From: Nitrospirales bacterium
GTDB taxonomy: Bacteria; Nitrospirota; Nitrospiria; Nitrospirales; UBA8639
Direction of reading: 5' to 3'
Length of the DNA stretch: 64,000 nt
Assembly (NCBI GenBank): GCA_965223295.1
Contig: CBDCWC010000002.1
Location: forward strand, 128,001-192,000
The position numbers and the translations under genes were made by a program. Below the pieces are notes generated by a model. That model saw nothing but the letters and a program-made list of their open reading frames with translations, made no database searches and was not told where the DNA came from. Below are positions 48,317-59,289 of the stretch, piece by piece (within the stretch, counting starts at the first letter, position 1; each line of letters starts with the position of its first letter).

Positions 48317-49978
48317 ATGGAAAGCCGTGGAAGAGTTTGCTTATTAGGACTCGTAGCCTTATTGAGCATTGGGGGAGTAAGCGTCCCTGAAATTTCATCT
48401 GCGAAGGAGGAGCCGGTTCGTCTTTATGAGGCGTTGGGGCGGCATCATTTTCGGATCTCTACCAGTATTCCGATGGCTCAGCGCTATTTCGATCAGGGCA
48501 TGATTCTTATGTATGGGTTCAATCATGCAGAAGCGGCTCGATCATTCCAGTATGCTCAACAGTTAGATCCCACCTGTGCGATGTGTTTTTGGGGTGAGGC
48601 GCTGGTGCTTGGCCCTAATATCAATGCACCCATGGCGGATTCGGCAGTTCCACAAGCCTATGCTGCGAGCCAACAAGCCATGACCTTGCGAGGGAAGGCT
48701 TCTGGAAAAGAGCGTGCGCTCATTCAAGCTGTGGCGAAACGGTATTCAAAAGACGTTTTACCCGACCGCTCTGTTCTGGATGTGACTTATGCCGAGGTCA
48801 TGCGGCAGGTGTTTGCGCAGTTTCCAGATGATTCTGTGGTTGGAGCTTTGTTAGCAGAAGCATTAATGGATGTACACCCATGGGATTTTTGGAAAAAAGA
48901 TGGCAAGCCCCAACCATGGACGCCAGAAATTGTTTCAACTTTGGAACGGGTGCTTGATCTGAATCCCAATCTTCCCTTGGGACATCATCTGTATATTCAC
49001 GCTCTGGAAGCCTCGCCGCATCCAGAAAAGGCCCTATCCAGTGCGGCCAGACTGCCGGCGCTGGTTTCGGGGTCTGGTCATTTGGTGCATATGCCGGCGC
49101 ATATTTATATTCGAATCGGTTGGTATCGTGATGCGTTAGTGGCCAATCAGCGTGCGGTGAAAGTGGATGAAGAGTATTTGCATGGTTCGCATGTTGAAAG
49201 TCTTTATACTGCCGCCTATGTACCGCACAATTTTCATTTTCTCTGGGCGGCAGCGATCAAAACAGGCCAACGTGATATCGCGATGCAAGCGGCGAATGAT
49301 ACGGCAGCAAACGTAACACTTGAAGCCATGCGGGATCCTGCCGTCGCTGGCACCCTTCAACATTTCTGGTTAATGCCGCTTTTCACCAACGCGTTGTTTG
49401 GACAATGGGACGAGGTTCTTCAAGAACCTGCGCCTCCGTCAGAATTGGTCTATCCGGCAGGTATCCGGCATTATGCCAGGGGTTTAGCATTTTTACGGCA
49501 AAAGCAGGTGGAGAAGGCTGAAAGGGAACGGGATACCCTGACGCGCATTGTGAAAGATCCAGCTCTTGCTGCTATGGCTATTTTCGACATCAATGCCGTT
49601 TCTGATATTTTGAAAATTGCCCAGGCAGTATTGTCGGGCGAAATCGCTGCACAACAGGGAGACTTTGCGGAAGCCGTGACTCACTTGCAGGAAGCTATCG
49701 AAATCGAGGATGGCTTGCATTATACCGAACCCAAAGATTGGTATCTTCCTCCGCGCCAGGTGTTGGGAGCGATTTTGCTGGACGCGGGAAACCCGGTTGA
49801 AGCTGAACAGATCTATCGGGAAGATCTTCTCGTGCATCCACAGAATGGGTGGTCTCTTTTTGGCCTTGTGCAAAGTCTTAAGGGCCAAGGGAAAGTTGAG
49901 AAGGCTCAGGGTGTGCAACAGGAATTTGCTAAATCCTGGGCCGATTCTGATGTGACATTAACCAGTTCGCGCTTTTGA
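48317..49978 (+). CDS. Secreted TPR-repeat protein
   Basis: Signal peptide, AQRYFDQG..YGFNH.EA, HHLYIH, HLVHMPAHIY. Confidence 0.8.
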   Translation: MESRGRVCLLGLVALLSIGGVSVPEISSAKEEPVRLYEALGRHHFRISTSIPMAQRYFDQGMILMYGFNHAEAARSFQYAQQLDPTCAMCFWGEALVLGPNINAPMADSAVPQAYAASQQAMTLRGKASGKERALIQAVAKRYSKDVLPDRSVLDVTYAEVMRQVFAQFPDDSVVGALLAEALMDVHPWDFWKKDGKPQPWTPEIVSTLERVLDLNPNLPLGHHLYIHALEASPHPEKALSSAARLPALVSGSGHLVHMPAHIYIRIGWYRDALVANQRAVKVDEEYLHGSHVESLYTAAYVPHNFHFLWAAAIKTGQRDIAMQAANDTAANVTLEAMRDPAVAGTLQHFWLMPLFTNALFGQWDEVLQEPAPPSELVYPAGIRHYARGLAFLRQKQVEKAERERDTLTRIVKDPALAAMAIFDINAVSDILKIAQAVLSGEIAAQQGDFAEAVTHLQEAIEIEDGLHYTEPKDWYLPPRQVLGAILLDAGNPVEAEQIYREDLLVHPQNGWSLFGLVQSLKGQGKVEKAQGVQQEFAKSWADSDVTLTSSRF

Positions 49979-50226
49979 ATCGTCATTTTGAGGCCTTGCA
50001 GAAATGCCGGTCCGACCCGAGTAGGGTTCTGTGTCTAAACTGCCTTTTGTTTGGTAGTTGTGCTTCCTCCTGTTTGCGGTCTTTTTCTCCTCTGTTCATT
50101 TAAGTTCTTCTTGGAACTGTCCGACATAACTTCTCAATGGTCCTCTCTTTAGGAAGAGGTGTTGAGAGATGGTTCACTATTGTTGGTGGTTTCTATGACT
50201 GTTCAATTTGCTAATCGGAGGCCACT

Positions 50227-50868
50227 TTGAGCCGGCGCTCAGAAGGCATTCCCTGCTCCTCCTCGCCCAGTGGGGGTAATGGTGCCGGAATGACTCGTCT
50301 AGAAGCGATTGCCGAGCGGCGTGCTGTTCCCGGTGTGATGTTATTTGGGGGAACAGGCGATGTGCTGTTTATGAATGCCGAGGCCGAAGTGCTCAGCAGA
50401 CAAATTATTGGCGCACGGTATGGGTCCGGCGCTCAGGAAGTGTTGCCAACGGAAGTGCTGGATTTGTGTGTCTCTTTACGACGCTTACTAGAAAACGAGA
50501 ACCTCGAGGATTCTGATGGACGAAACGAATTGCGGCGTGTGACCGGGGATGTTAATGCGCCGGTGTTGCTGCGCGGTTTCCCCTTAGCTCCGCATTCCCC
50601 GACTGATGATGCCTGTATGTTAATTTTGATGGAAAAGCTTGGCCGTGAGCGGCATGTTGTTCCTGATCAAGCCAAAGACCAATTCCGGTTGACTGATCGG
50701 GAAGTGGAAATTGTGAAATATATTAGCGAAGGATGGACAAATAAGGAAATTGCTAATCATCTGACGATTAGTGAGCATACGGTAAAGGAGCATGTCCGGC
50801 ATTTGTTAAAGAAAACTAAAAGTACCACTCGCACAGGAATTCTTGCGCAAATTTTCCAAGATACGTAA
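50227..50868 (+). CDS. LuxR-family transcriptional regulator
   Basis: LTDREVEIV...G.TNKEIA..L.ISEHTVK.H; start uncertain. Confidence 0.85.
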   Translation: MSRRSEGIPCSSSPSGGNGAGMTRLEAIAERRAVPGVMLFGGTGDVLFMNAEAEVLSRQIIGARYGSGAQEVLPTEVLDLCVSLRRLLENENLEDSDGRNELRRVTGDVNAPVLLRGFPLAPHSPTDDACMLILMEKLGRERHVVPDQAKDQFRLTDREVEIVKYISEGWTNKEIANHLTISEHTVKEHVRHLLKKTKSTTRTGILAQIFQDT

Positions 50869-51023
50869 AATCTGCATTCTGTCCAAGGCATCGATTTCCG
50901 CTCTGAAAAACTTTATTATTCTTGCTTCTGGCTCCTATCCCATAGATAATCTGGGCCATGTCTTTTTTGGGGTGGCAATGGCCTTCAGCTTTGCTGTTTG
51001 CCCTGGCTGTGCCAGCAGAGGAA

Positions 51024-51668
51024 ATGTCTCAGCTCGATGAGGCTGATTTAGTCCAGGCCTTACAACGGGGTGATGAAACAGTGTTTTCTGCCATGATGGA
51101 CAGCTATTCAGGTTCTTTGCTGCGGTTGGCAATGGCCTATGTTCCGAGCCGGGCGGTTGCAGAGGAAGTTGTTCAGGAAACCTGGATGGGAGTCTTAGAA
51201 GGCATTGGACGATTTGAAGGGCGCTCATCCTTTAAAACGTGGTTATTTCGCATCTTAACCAATCGCGCAAAAACTCGGGGGATTCGTGAGCGGCGGTATG
51301 AGCCTGTTGGCTTGGCCAGGTCAGATACTGAATCAGATGAAGGCCCTTCGTTTGAAGAGGCCCTGTTTGTCGCGGAGGGTTCGGGAAAGGGACATTGGAT
51401 TGAGCCTCCGCAAGGTTGGCGGGCGGATACACCAGAGCGAGCTTTGTTGTCAAAGGAATGTCGATTGGCGATTGAAGAGGCCATTACAGTCTTGCCCGAT
51501 ATGCAGCGGCAGGTGATCACTCTGCGGGATGTTGAAGGCGTGAGCGCTGAAGACGTCTGTAATATTCTATCGATTAGTGAGACCAACCAGCGGGTGCTCT
51601 TGCATCGGGCGCGCTTGAAAGTGCGCCACATCTTAGATCCCTATGTGCAGGGAGGCCGAACGTCGTAA
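51024..51668 (+). CDS. ECF sigma factor
   Basis: AEEVVQETW, SSFKTWLFRI, RVLLHRAR. Confidence 0.92.
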   Translation: MSQLDEADLVQALQRGDETVFSAMMDSYSGSLLRLAMAYVPSRAVAEEVVQETWMGVLEGIGRFEGRSSFKTWLFRILTNRAKTRGIRERRYEPVGLARSDTESDEGPSFEEALFVAEGSGKGHWIEPPQGWRADTPERALLSKECRLAIEEAITVLPDMQRQVITLRDVEGVSAEDVCNILSISETNQRVLLHRARLKVRHILDPYVQGGRTS

Positions 51669-51670
51669 CA

Positions 51671-51982
51671 ATGGACAGAAGTTTTAAACAGCAACTCATG
51701 GGATATATGGTGGGGAATTTTACCTGCCAAGAGATTGCTGAACTTATTACTGATTATTTAGAAGGTTCTTTAACTCTTACGCAACGTCTTCGTTTTCAGA
51801 TGCATATTGGGTTATGTGTGGCCTGTCGAAATTTTTTGCGCCAAATGAAATATACGGTCGCGACTTTGCGCCAATTACCGTCTGAACCTGTCCCTCCCCA
51901 TATCAAAGAAGAGCTTCTTCGGCGTTTTCGCACCTGGAAGCAAGATGGCAGCTCATCGTTACATCAACCAGATTCGCTCTAA
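51671..51982 (+). CDS. zf-HC2 (ZAS) anti-sigma factor
   Basis: C..I.E...DYLEG.L, HxxxCxxC (HIGLCVAC). Confidence 0.88.
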   Translation: MDRSFKQQLMGYMVGNFTCQEIAELITDYLEGSLTLTQRLRFQMHIGLCVACRNFLRQMKYTVATLRQLPSEPVPPHIKEELLRRFRTWKQDGSSSLHQPDSL

Positions 51983-52103
51983 CTCTGGTCTTTCCCACAA
52001 AGTCGGACTGTTCCACGGCATGGTTTTCTTCTTCGTATCTAGAGATGGTAGGCTTTGCACCATGGTTCCCGTTTGGTATTGATCAATTAACAAGGAGTTT
52101 CTG

Positions 52104-52682
52104 ATGGCCCTAAAAGAGTCAACGATGCTGGCATTAGGTACAGCTCTGCCGAACTTTGCTCTACCCGACGTTCGCTCTCAAGAAATTATTCGACCTAAAA
52201 ATTTTGAACATCGATCAGCGCTCCTAGTAATGTTCATCTGTCGGCATTGCCCCTATGTTGTGCATGTGCAGGAGGAACTTACGAGACTGGCAAAAGATTA
52301 TGAAGGAAAGAACCTTGGAGTGGTGGGTATCAGCAGCAACGATGTCGCGGGTTATCCTGCTGATGCTCCTCCACGGTTAAAAGAGATGACAGAGGAACTG
52401 GGGTGGAAATTTCCCTACTGTTATGACGAGTCCCAGGCCGTGGCCAAAGTCTTCACGGCTGCCTGCACGCCAGACTTTTTTGTGTTCGATGGTCAACGGC
52501 GTCTAGTCTATCGGGGACAATTGGATGCAAGTCGGCCGGGGAATGGAAAGCCAGTGACGGGTCAGGATCTACGGGCAGCTCTAGATGCCGCATTAGCGGG
52601 TCGACCTGTTACCATTCAGCAATGCCCCAGTGCAGGTTGTAATATCAAATGGAAACCTGGAAACGAACCTGAGTATGCCTAA
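52104..52682 (+). CDS. Thioredoxin-fold (AhpC/PRX-like) protein
   Basis: FICRHCPYV, ISSND, ACTPDFF, GCNIKW. Confidence 0.9.
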   Translation: MALKESTMLALGTALPNFALPDVRSQEIIRPKNFEHRSALLVMFICRHCPYVVHVQEELTRLAKDYEGKNLGVVGISSNDVAGYPADAPPRLKEMTEELGWKFPYCYDESQAVAKVFTAACTPDFFVFDGQRRLVYRGQLDASRPGNGKPVTGQDLRAALDAALAGRPVTIQQCPSAGCNIKWKPGNEPEYA

Positions 52683-52886
52683 AATGACTTAGAACGACGT
52701 ATCATGGCGAGAATCTTTACCCATCGATTTTTTCAGCTTGTTCTCCCTTATCTTCACGGCTCAAGTATTCAGAAAACTCTTATTCAGCTTGAAGTGGAGT
52801 CGACAACCCAAGACTGCTACTTCAGCTAGACTGTTGTTGTGACATACAGAGTAAACTGAGCCACTTGTTGAATATACAACGTCTTT

Positions 52887-53988
52887 TTATAGATTGACTA
52901 TTAAGTCTGGAAATTCTTTTTTGAGGGCGGAAAGAATTGAATTAAGAGAAAGTATTTGAAAGCTGTGAAAAACGCCTGGTGCGTGGGCCTTTGATAGGAT
53001 TTGAGACGCTGCTTCAACCGTAATAATTGCTGTCATCAAACCCTCCTTGCGACCAATGATGCTAAGGGTTTGTGTTTTTGTTGGGCTCATTGTTGAGTCT
53101 TGGGCCCGTGCTGCAACAATACAAGTATCTGATCCGATACGCACATGCATGACTAGCCATACGGCAATTGATCTTATCATATTGTATCGCAAAAGTGTGC
53201 TAAGCCCGGTACGAGAGAGTACGGTAAAAAAGCCATGTCATGACGCGAGTGTCAAAGCGAAGCCAAGTGGAAACGCTTGGAATCCTGTATATGCGTCTAA
53301 CCGTGTGCTGATCTGGAAAGTTAAACCGAAATGCTGGGCGAGCAAGGTCGTTAGCCCATAAAGAGATGTTGAGACACTCTCCAAAGCTTTTCACTGCTTT
53401 GGGCTGGCCGTGTTCTTGTACTGAATAGGTCGCGTTGAAGTTATCGAATATCCATTCACAAGCTGCTTTTCCATGTTGATCTCCCAGGCCAAATTCGAGA
53501 ACAATGTCGAGTCGGGCAATATGCTTCATTTGTTTCAGTAACTGTACGGCTAACATGTTTGACAATCCTGGCGCTACTCCTACGCTTAACATCACGATTG
53601 CGTTGTGACGTTTTGCACAGTCATCAAGTTGTTCTAGCTGAGCTAGAAATTTGTCATTAGCACTGATGTCGATGTAGTGGATGCTCTCGAAGAGACATTG
53701 CTCCACGAATTTTGAGTTGGTCTGATCCAAGCACGAAATAACCAAGGCTACTTCGTTAAGCACATTCCCCAAATCTGTAGAGAGAATGTCAACGGAGCGG
53801 GGTTTTATTCCGAATCCGATGCTTGCTGCAATCGAGCTCGCCTTCTGCCAGTTACGTCCTGCAATGATCACACGGTTGGGAAAAAGTTTTGCGAGCCGTT
53901 CCGCAATCAAACGACCGACTTGCCCATATCCGCCAATAATTAGGATTTTATGGCGGGTTTTTAATGTACATTCGGTTTTCTGAATCAT
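52887..53988 (-). pseudogene. Saccharopine dehydrogenase-like oxidoreductase, frameshifted
   Basis: IGGYGQVG, SVGVAPGLSN; one extra base in the A6 run at 53226-53231 separates it from the C-terminal ORF ending PGVFH... Confidence 0.75.
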
Positions 53989-54021
53989 CTTTAAACTATA
54001 CTTTCATCTGTGCCGGGCGAA

Positions 54022-54868
54022 TCAGACTGTATTGAGGAATTGAATGATCGACTTGTTGACTTGTTCTGGGGCGTCGATTTGTACCCAATGACTGGCTTGC
54101 GGAATTCTTGCAATCCGAAGGTGAGGAACCCATTGGTGGAGCCCATCTATGAGACGAAGACCTAAATAGCGATCCTGCTCTCCCCAAATGACCAACGTTG
54201 GTGGTGTGATGAGTTCGGTGAACCAACGAGGATGACTCCAAAAATTCCGAAAATTGGCACGATAATAATTAATACCCGCCGTGAGTGCGCCGGGTTCTGA
54301 GAGTGCGGCTTTGTACATAGCAATATCCTGGGCGGTGAATGCATCTTTTCGCGCAGAGTCTCGGCGAAGGGCTCGATCCATTAACGCAAAATTGCCTGCT
54401 TTGAATACAATTTCTGGAATGTATGGCAGTTGAAAGAAGAAGATATACCATGACTTGAGCAGTTGGGTGAGCGTTTTCATTTCTCGCAGAAAAGTCGCAG
54501 GATGGGGAGCATTGAGAATGATGACACCTCCTACAAGATCAGGGTAGGCACTGGCTACCTTCCATGCGACTCCACCGCCCCAATCATGTCCGACGACAGT
54601 TGCCCGTGGTTGGCCAGTCTTATGAATGAGCTCTTCGACATCTTTAGCAAGAAGCTCTATTCGGTATTGATTCTTTCCGGTAGGCTTGTCGGATTTGTTG
54701 TAACCTCGTAAGTCTGGAGCGATTACATGAAAGCCGGCCTCTGCCAGTGCGGAAATTTGGAACCGCCAGGAATACCAGAATTCTGGGAACCCGTGTAACA
54801 ATACCTGCCTCTACATAATGTAGTCGCAAACCATTCACAATCGTCTCTCGATGTACAAAATTAGTCAT
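54022..54868 (-). pseudogene. Epoxide hydrolase-like alpha/beta hydrolase with frameshifting 5' deletion
   Basis: MTNF...LHYVEAG in one frame, VLLHGFPEFW, GHDWGG, SHWVQ in another; usual GPLV linker missing. Confidence 0.8.
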
Positions 54869-54950
54869 TGCTATTATTTCAATTTAGAAATACCGCTCGT
54901 CACTATTTGATAAGATTGATGGATATTCTTGGTAAGAGCCTGGTTTATTC

Positions 54951-55115
54951 ATGAAAATTTTGGTTGTGACAATGGGTAGTTTTGGAGAGGTGCTTCCACT
55001 GCTTGGATTTGCGAAGAAGATCCAGGAACGAGGCCATGATGTCACATTCTTTACCAATAGTTATTTTTCTGAACTGATTCAGCAAGCTGGGAGTCTCTTT
55101 GGTTTCAACTTGTGA
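54951..55115 (+). pseudogene. N-terminal fragment of a GT-B (GT1/GT28-like) glycosyltransferase
   Basis: MKILVVTMGSFGEVLPLLGFAKKIQERGHDVTFF..., stop after 54 codons. Confidence 0.65.
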
Positions 55116-55211
55116 TTCCCCTTGGTCTTGCCACGGGGTTCTTTATATCAGAGGAGTTATTTCATCAAGAGGCGGTGGGGAGCAGTTGGTGATAGCATGC
55201 GTGGCACTTTG

Positions 55212-55676
55212 CTAGTCATTCTCTTGCATGCTCTTGTCTTCAATTGGCAGATGCTCATTGGGTCTTACTTGGGTATGTGGTGAGGCAACGACCTCCGCAA
55301 GTTTGGCTAATGAGATAATTGTGACCCCTTCAACAATCTGATCATAAAGGTGCCCAAAGTCCTTTCTATCGCCCGTAGCCAAGTATTGGCATTGAGAGCG
55401 AATAGCCGTACAGAGAATTGGTTGATCTTTTTCGGAGAGCTCTACTGGAAGATTGAATTGGCTTGATGGGACAACCTGAATCTGATGGAGCAAACGTTGT
55501 AGATGTATCGCCCACATTGGGCGCTTGACTTGGATGTTTCGGCGGGCTTCTTCTGCGGAGAAGTCGCTGGTTATCACTTCGTCAGTCTCAAGGAGTCGGT
55601 AAATTAAGCGAGCGATGTTACTTTCTCGATTACTGGCAGAGAACACGACATTTGCATCAAGAAAGACTCGGATCAT
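55212..55676 (-). CDS. PIN-domain toxin (VapC-like)
   Basis: VFLDANV, EEA.RN, KD.PIL, LATGD.KDF. Confidence 0.88.
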   Translation of the reverse strand: MIRVFLDANVVFSASNRESNIARLIYRLLETDEVITSDFSAEEARRNIQVKRPMWAIHLQRLLHQIQVVPSSQFNLPVELSEKDQPILCTAIRSQCQYLATGDRKDFGHLYDQIVEGVTIISLAKLAEVVASPHTQVRPNEHLPIEDKSMQEND

Positions 55677-55691
55677 GATGCGTTGATGAAG

Positions 55692-55922
55692 CTATGCTTT
55701 AGGTGGGAGTAGATTGCCAATGACTTCATCGTCACTGGCAAATTCTTTAATCCGATCTTCGGTATAGATTTCTATTGGTACATTGAATGCTGGGCGGAGT
55801 AATAAACCTTGTTCTGTATCCTCGATGATTAATTCGTCATTAGCTTTAATCCCAAAACTCTCTCGCATCTTTGCTGGGATCGTGAGAGTTCCTCGTTCGC
55901 TAATAGTCACCTTGCTTTTCAT
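55692..55922 (-). CDS. AbrB/MazE-type antitoxin (VapB-like)
   Basis: ISERGTLTIP..MR..FGI...D; directly upstream of the PIN gene. Confidence 0.88.
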   Translation of the reverse strand: MKSKVTISERGTLTIPAKMRESFGIKANDELIIEDTEQGLLLRPAFNVPIEIYTEDRIKEFASDDEVIGNLLPPKA

Positions 55923-56025
55923 GAATGCAGTATAGCAGTATTCCCGAGTTTCTGGAGAGTTTTAAAGTTCTAGAGTGGGGAATGAATGAGCGAGTGTTGA
56001 CTAATGAGATAATCGAGAGCCTGAG

Positions 56026-56236
56026 TTCGCCAGGAAGACGTTGGAAGTCTCGAGTTCAAAACAGTCTGTTCAGCTAGGCCACAGCCATTATTGTTCGCAG
56101 GGTGTTCTGGCACAACGTGCACACCAACAATTGACGACCTGCCTTCACAAAGCCGCTTTCAGCCTTCGTAGCCACTGCGGCGAAGGAGGCCCGGCGAAGC
56201 CAGGGAACGCCGCTGGCAGATTTTTTAAACAGACCC
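56026..56236 (-). mobile_element. MITE family M, diverged reverse copy with internal insertion
   Basis: Reverse complement starts GGGTCTGTTTAAAAAATCTGCCAGCGGCGTTC and ends ...GTCTTCCTGGCGAA. Confidence 0.65.
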
Positions 56237-56399
56237 GTTCTATGATTTTCTGTTTCTACTCCCCAAGCAGGCCGTTAATTTATCAGATTTTTTGAATTCA
56301 GGTATGTACCAAATTATTCAGTGTTTGGTAAGGGAACTGATCTCTGTTATTGCAGACCGTTTTGTCTTTGCGAAAACAACGTGTGAGGTTCACAATTTG

Positions 56400-57212
56400 T
56401 TAAGTCGAGGCCTTTGTGTTTCGATAACCTCGAATAATCATGATGACGCCGAGGGCGATCATGGGGACGCAGAGAAGTTGGCCCATGGTTACCCATTGAA
56501 AAATAAATCCTAGGTGGCTGTCGGGTTCCCGGAAAAATTCCACAAAAAACCGTGCGACGCCATAGCCAGCAATAAAGGTCCAAAAAATTGTGCCCGGTGG
56601 CGTGGACCAGCGATTGATGATTGTGAGGAGAAGGAAGAGTGCGATTCCTTCCAGTCCGGCTTCATAGAGCTGAGAAGGGTGCCGGCATTGGGGTCCTCCT
56701 TGAGGGAAGACCATACACCAGTCTACATCTGTTGCCCTTCCGAAGAGTTCCCCATTGATAAAGTTTCCCATTCGTCCAAATCCTAATCCAATGGGCGCGG
56801 CTCCTGCAGCCAAGTCGGCAATGGAGCCCATGGCAAAACCTCGTTTTTTGCAGAACAGTACAAGGGCCACGCAGACTCCCAGTAACCCACCATGGAAGGA
56901 CATTCCCCCTTCCCATACGGCAAAAATTTTGAGTGGATTTTCTAGATAAAATGGAAGGTTGTAAAACAGGACATAGCCTAGTCTTCCCCCAATGAAAACT
57001 CCGAATGCTGCAAACACAATTAAATCGGAGAGTTGTTGTGGTGAGAGCGGGATCTCTTTTTGAGCGGCCCTGGCTTTGATGAGCCAGTAGGCGCCACCTA
57101 AGCCCAACAAATACATCAACCCGTACCACCGGAAGGCCAAAGGACCGATTTGAAAAAAGATGGGATCAATCTCAGGATAGGAGAGCTGTGCGAGGCTGTG
57201 GAGGAAGTTCAT
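56400..57212 (-). CDS. lgt: Prolipoprotein diacylglyceryl transferase
   Basis: RWYGLMY, GGRLGY, GGMSFHGG, GRMGNFINGE, HPSQLYE, EFFREPD. Confidence 0.97.
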   Translation of the reverse strand: MNFLHSLAQLSYPEIDPIFFQIGPLAFRWYGLMYLLGLGGAYWLIKARAAQKEIPLSPQQLSDLIVFAAFGVFIGGRLGYVLFYNLPFYLENPLKIFAVWEGGMSFHGGLLGVCVALVLFCKKRGFAMGSIADLAAGAAPIGLGFGRMGNFINGELFGRATDVDWCMVFPQGGPQCRHPSQLYEAGLEGIALFLLLTIINRWSTPPGTIFWTFIAGYGVARFFVEFFREPDSHLGFIFQWVTMGQLLCVPMIALGVIMIIRGYRNTKAST

Positions 57213-57399
57213 GAATGGTTTTGGGGGAAAATGTTCAAAAGGAATACTGCTAGGGAATTGTGGAAGGGCGCACGCCTCGCTTACACTAGCGTGACGATCC
57301 AGAAGATTCGAATTACTCTGTTCTTATGTGTCTCAATGTTCCTATCATAACAATCTGGGAAAGAAAAGGTCGAATGCAAGATTACGAAAACTTTTTTAG

Positions 57400-58797
57400 G
57401 TGCAGAGCGTGAGTCCAATGGAAAAGGCTGAATCAATTTCGCGCTCCAACGGAGCCGAAACGATTTTGGATTGTATTAGTGATGGAGTCATTACGATTGA
57501 CTTGCAGAAACGTGTGACGTTTTTGAATCGTGCTATGCAAGCCATGTTGGGGTATGAGGTGCCGGACACGGGCATGTTATTAGCTTGCGATGTACTGATT
57601 CAAAGCAATATCTGTTCAAGCCAGGATTGTGTCTTGGAGCGTGCGCTTCGGGGAGAGCGAGTGTCCAATTTTGAGGCGCTTGTGCGTCGGCGTGATGGAA
57701 AACAGATACCTGTGAGTATCAATACCGATTTTTTATTAGATCAAGATGGCAAGTTGATAGGGCTGATCGAAGTGATCCGAGATATTTCTTTGGTGCAAGA
57801 GTTAACAGCCAAAACGGCAGAAGTCTCTGAGCTAAAACATCGTTTGGGCGAGCAAAACCATTTCGATAATATCGTGGGGCGCAGCTCCATCATGGAGAAT
57901 ATTTTTTCCAAACTTCCCGCTATTGCGGCGTCAAAGTCCTCAGTGTTGATTACGGGTGAAAGTGGGACGGGGAAAGAACTGATTGCCTATGCCTTGCATG
58001 CGCATAGCCCAAGAAGACAAGCCCCATTTGTGGTCGTCAATGCCTCTAGCTTTTCTGAAGGCGTGTTGGAAAGTGAATTATTTGGACATGTGAAAGGTGC
58101 TTTCACGGATGCGTATGTGGATAAACCTGGACGTTTTGAAATGGCTAATGGAGGCACGATCTTTCTTGACGAGATTGGCGAGATGAGTTTAACGGCCCAA
58201 GTGAAATTATTGGGAGTCCTTGAGCGGGGGCAGTTTGAACGTGTGGGGTCCAATGAGACGGTTCGGGTGGATGTGCGAATTGTGGCGGCCACGAATCGAG
58301 ATTTGGATGAGGCCGTGCGGGAAGGCCGCTTTCGGGAAGATTTGTATTATCGGATTCGGGTCATTCCGATTGCCCTGCCTCCACTTCGCGAGCGATCTGA
58401 GGATATTCCGTTACTCGTCAGTCATTATCGCGAAAAATTTAATCGGGAAATGGGTAAACATATCGTTGGCCTCTCTCCTCAATCATTGATAGCTCTTGAG
58501 CAGTATCCCTTTCCTGGCAATATTCGTGAACTTCAAAATGTTATGGAACATGCGTTTGTGTGTTGTGAGGAAGAGACCATTCAATTTGACCATCTGCCAG
58601 CCGATCTACAGCGACATTATTGGGAACATCAAGAATGGGCCGCCTCAGAATCCTTAGAGGCTGTTGAGCGGCAGGCCATCTGTCGAGCGCTGGATAAATT
58701 CGGCTGGCACTATAAAGAGGCTTCGCAGCACTTAGGCATTGGGCGCTCCACTTTATGGCGAAAAGTGAAACAGTTTGGAATTAAACCAGAGAGCTAG
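57400..58797 (+). CDS. PAS-domain sigma54-dependent activator (AAA+ / Fis HTH)
   Basis: GESGTGKE, ESELFGH..GAFTDA, FLDEIGE, FPGNIRELQN, RSTLWRK. Confidence 0.93.
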   Translation: MQSVSPMEKAESISRSNGAETILDCISDGVITIDLQKRVTFLNRAMQAMLGYEVPDTGMLLACDVLIQSNICSSQDCVLERALRGERVSNFEALVRRRDGKQIPVSINTDFLLDQDGKLIGLIEVIRDISLVQELTAKTAEVSELKHRLGEQNHFDNIVGRSSIMENIFSKLPAIAASKSSVLITGESGTGKELIAYALHAHSPRRQAPFVVVNASSFSEGVLESELFGHVKGAFTDAYVDKPGRFEMANGGTIFLDEIGEMSLTAQVKLLGVLERGQFERVGSNETVRVDVRIVAATNRDLDEAVREGRFREDLYYRIRVIPIALPPLRERSEDIPLLVSHYREKFNREMGKHIVGLSPQSLIALEQYPFPGNIRELQNVMEHAFVCCEEETIQFDHLPADLQRHYWEHQEWAASESLEAVERQAICRALDKFGWHYKEASQHLGIGRSTLWRKVKQFGIKPES

Positions 58798-58930
58798 TCA
58801 AAAGGATCCTCAAGCTAATTTGTATGATGTTTCATTTTGGAATCAATTGCTACTAGTTGGTATCTAATGGTAAAATCTATAAAATAATCAATTATTTATA
58901 ATTTTTTAAGCATTTAATAAACATATCTTA

Positions 58931-59023
58931 CGTTTCACTTTGAAACGGCACTTCTGCTAGTTTTTTAAAATAACTTATAAAATCAATAGGTTAGAAAAAA
59001 TGCTGTTCGGTATCTCCTTTGCA
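58931..59023 (+). promoter_or_regulatory. Sigma54 promoter with UAS-like palindrome and IHF site
   Basis: CGTTTCA-CTT-TGAAACG (58931-58947), AATCAATAGGTTA = WATCAANNNNTTR (58981-58993), CGGTATCTCCTTTGCA GG-N10-GC (59008-59023). Confidence 0.7.
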
Positions 59024-59085
59024 CAATAAGATAGACCTAATGATTTATTTATATTTTCTTACGTTTTTAGGAAGGGGTACAGGAT

Positions 59086-59289
59086 ATGGATTGTCCTCGG
59101 TGCAAGGGAATCATGATTCAAGATAAATTTGGCGACGTGGCTGATGAAGCTGGTGCCATGTATTTCTCGGGTTGGCGTTGTATTACCTGTGGAGAAATTT
59201 TAGATCCAGTCATTGCGGCCAATCGCAGCCATCGTCATGAGCCGCTCATTGGGCGTTCGCGTAAAAAATTTGCCACGCAATTAGGTTAG
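59086..59289 (+). CDS. Small CPRC...CxxC zinc-ribbon protein
   Basis: MDCPRCKG.M...WRCITCGEILDPVI..NR. Confidence 0.85.
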   Translation: MDCPRCKGIMIQDKFGDVADEAGAMYFSGWRCITCGEILDPVIAANRSHRHEPLIGRSRKKFATQLG

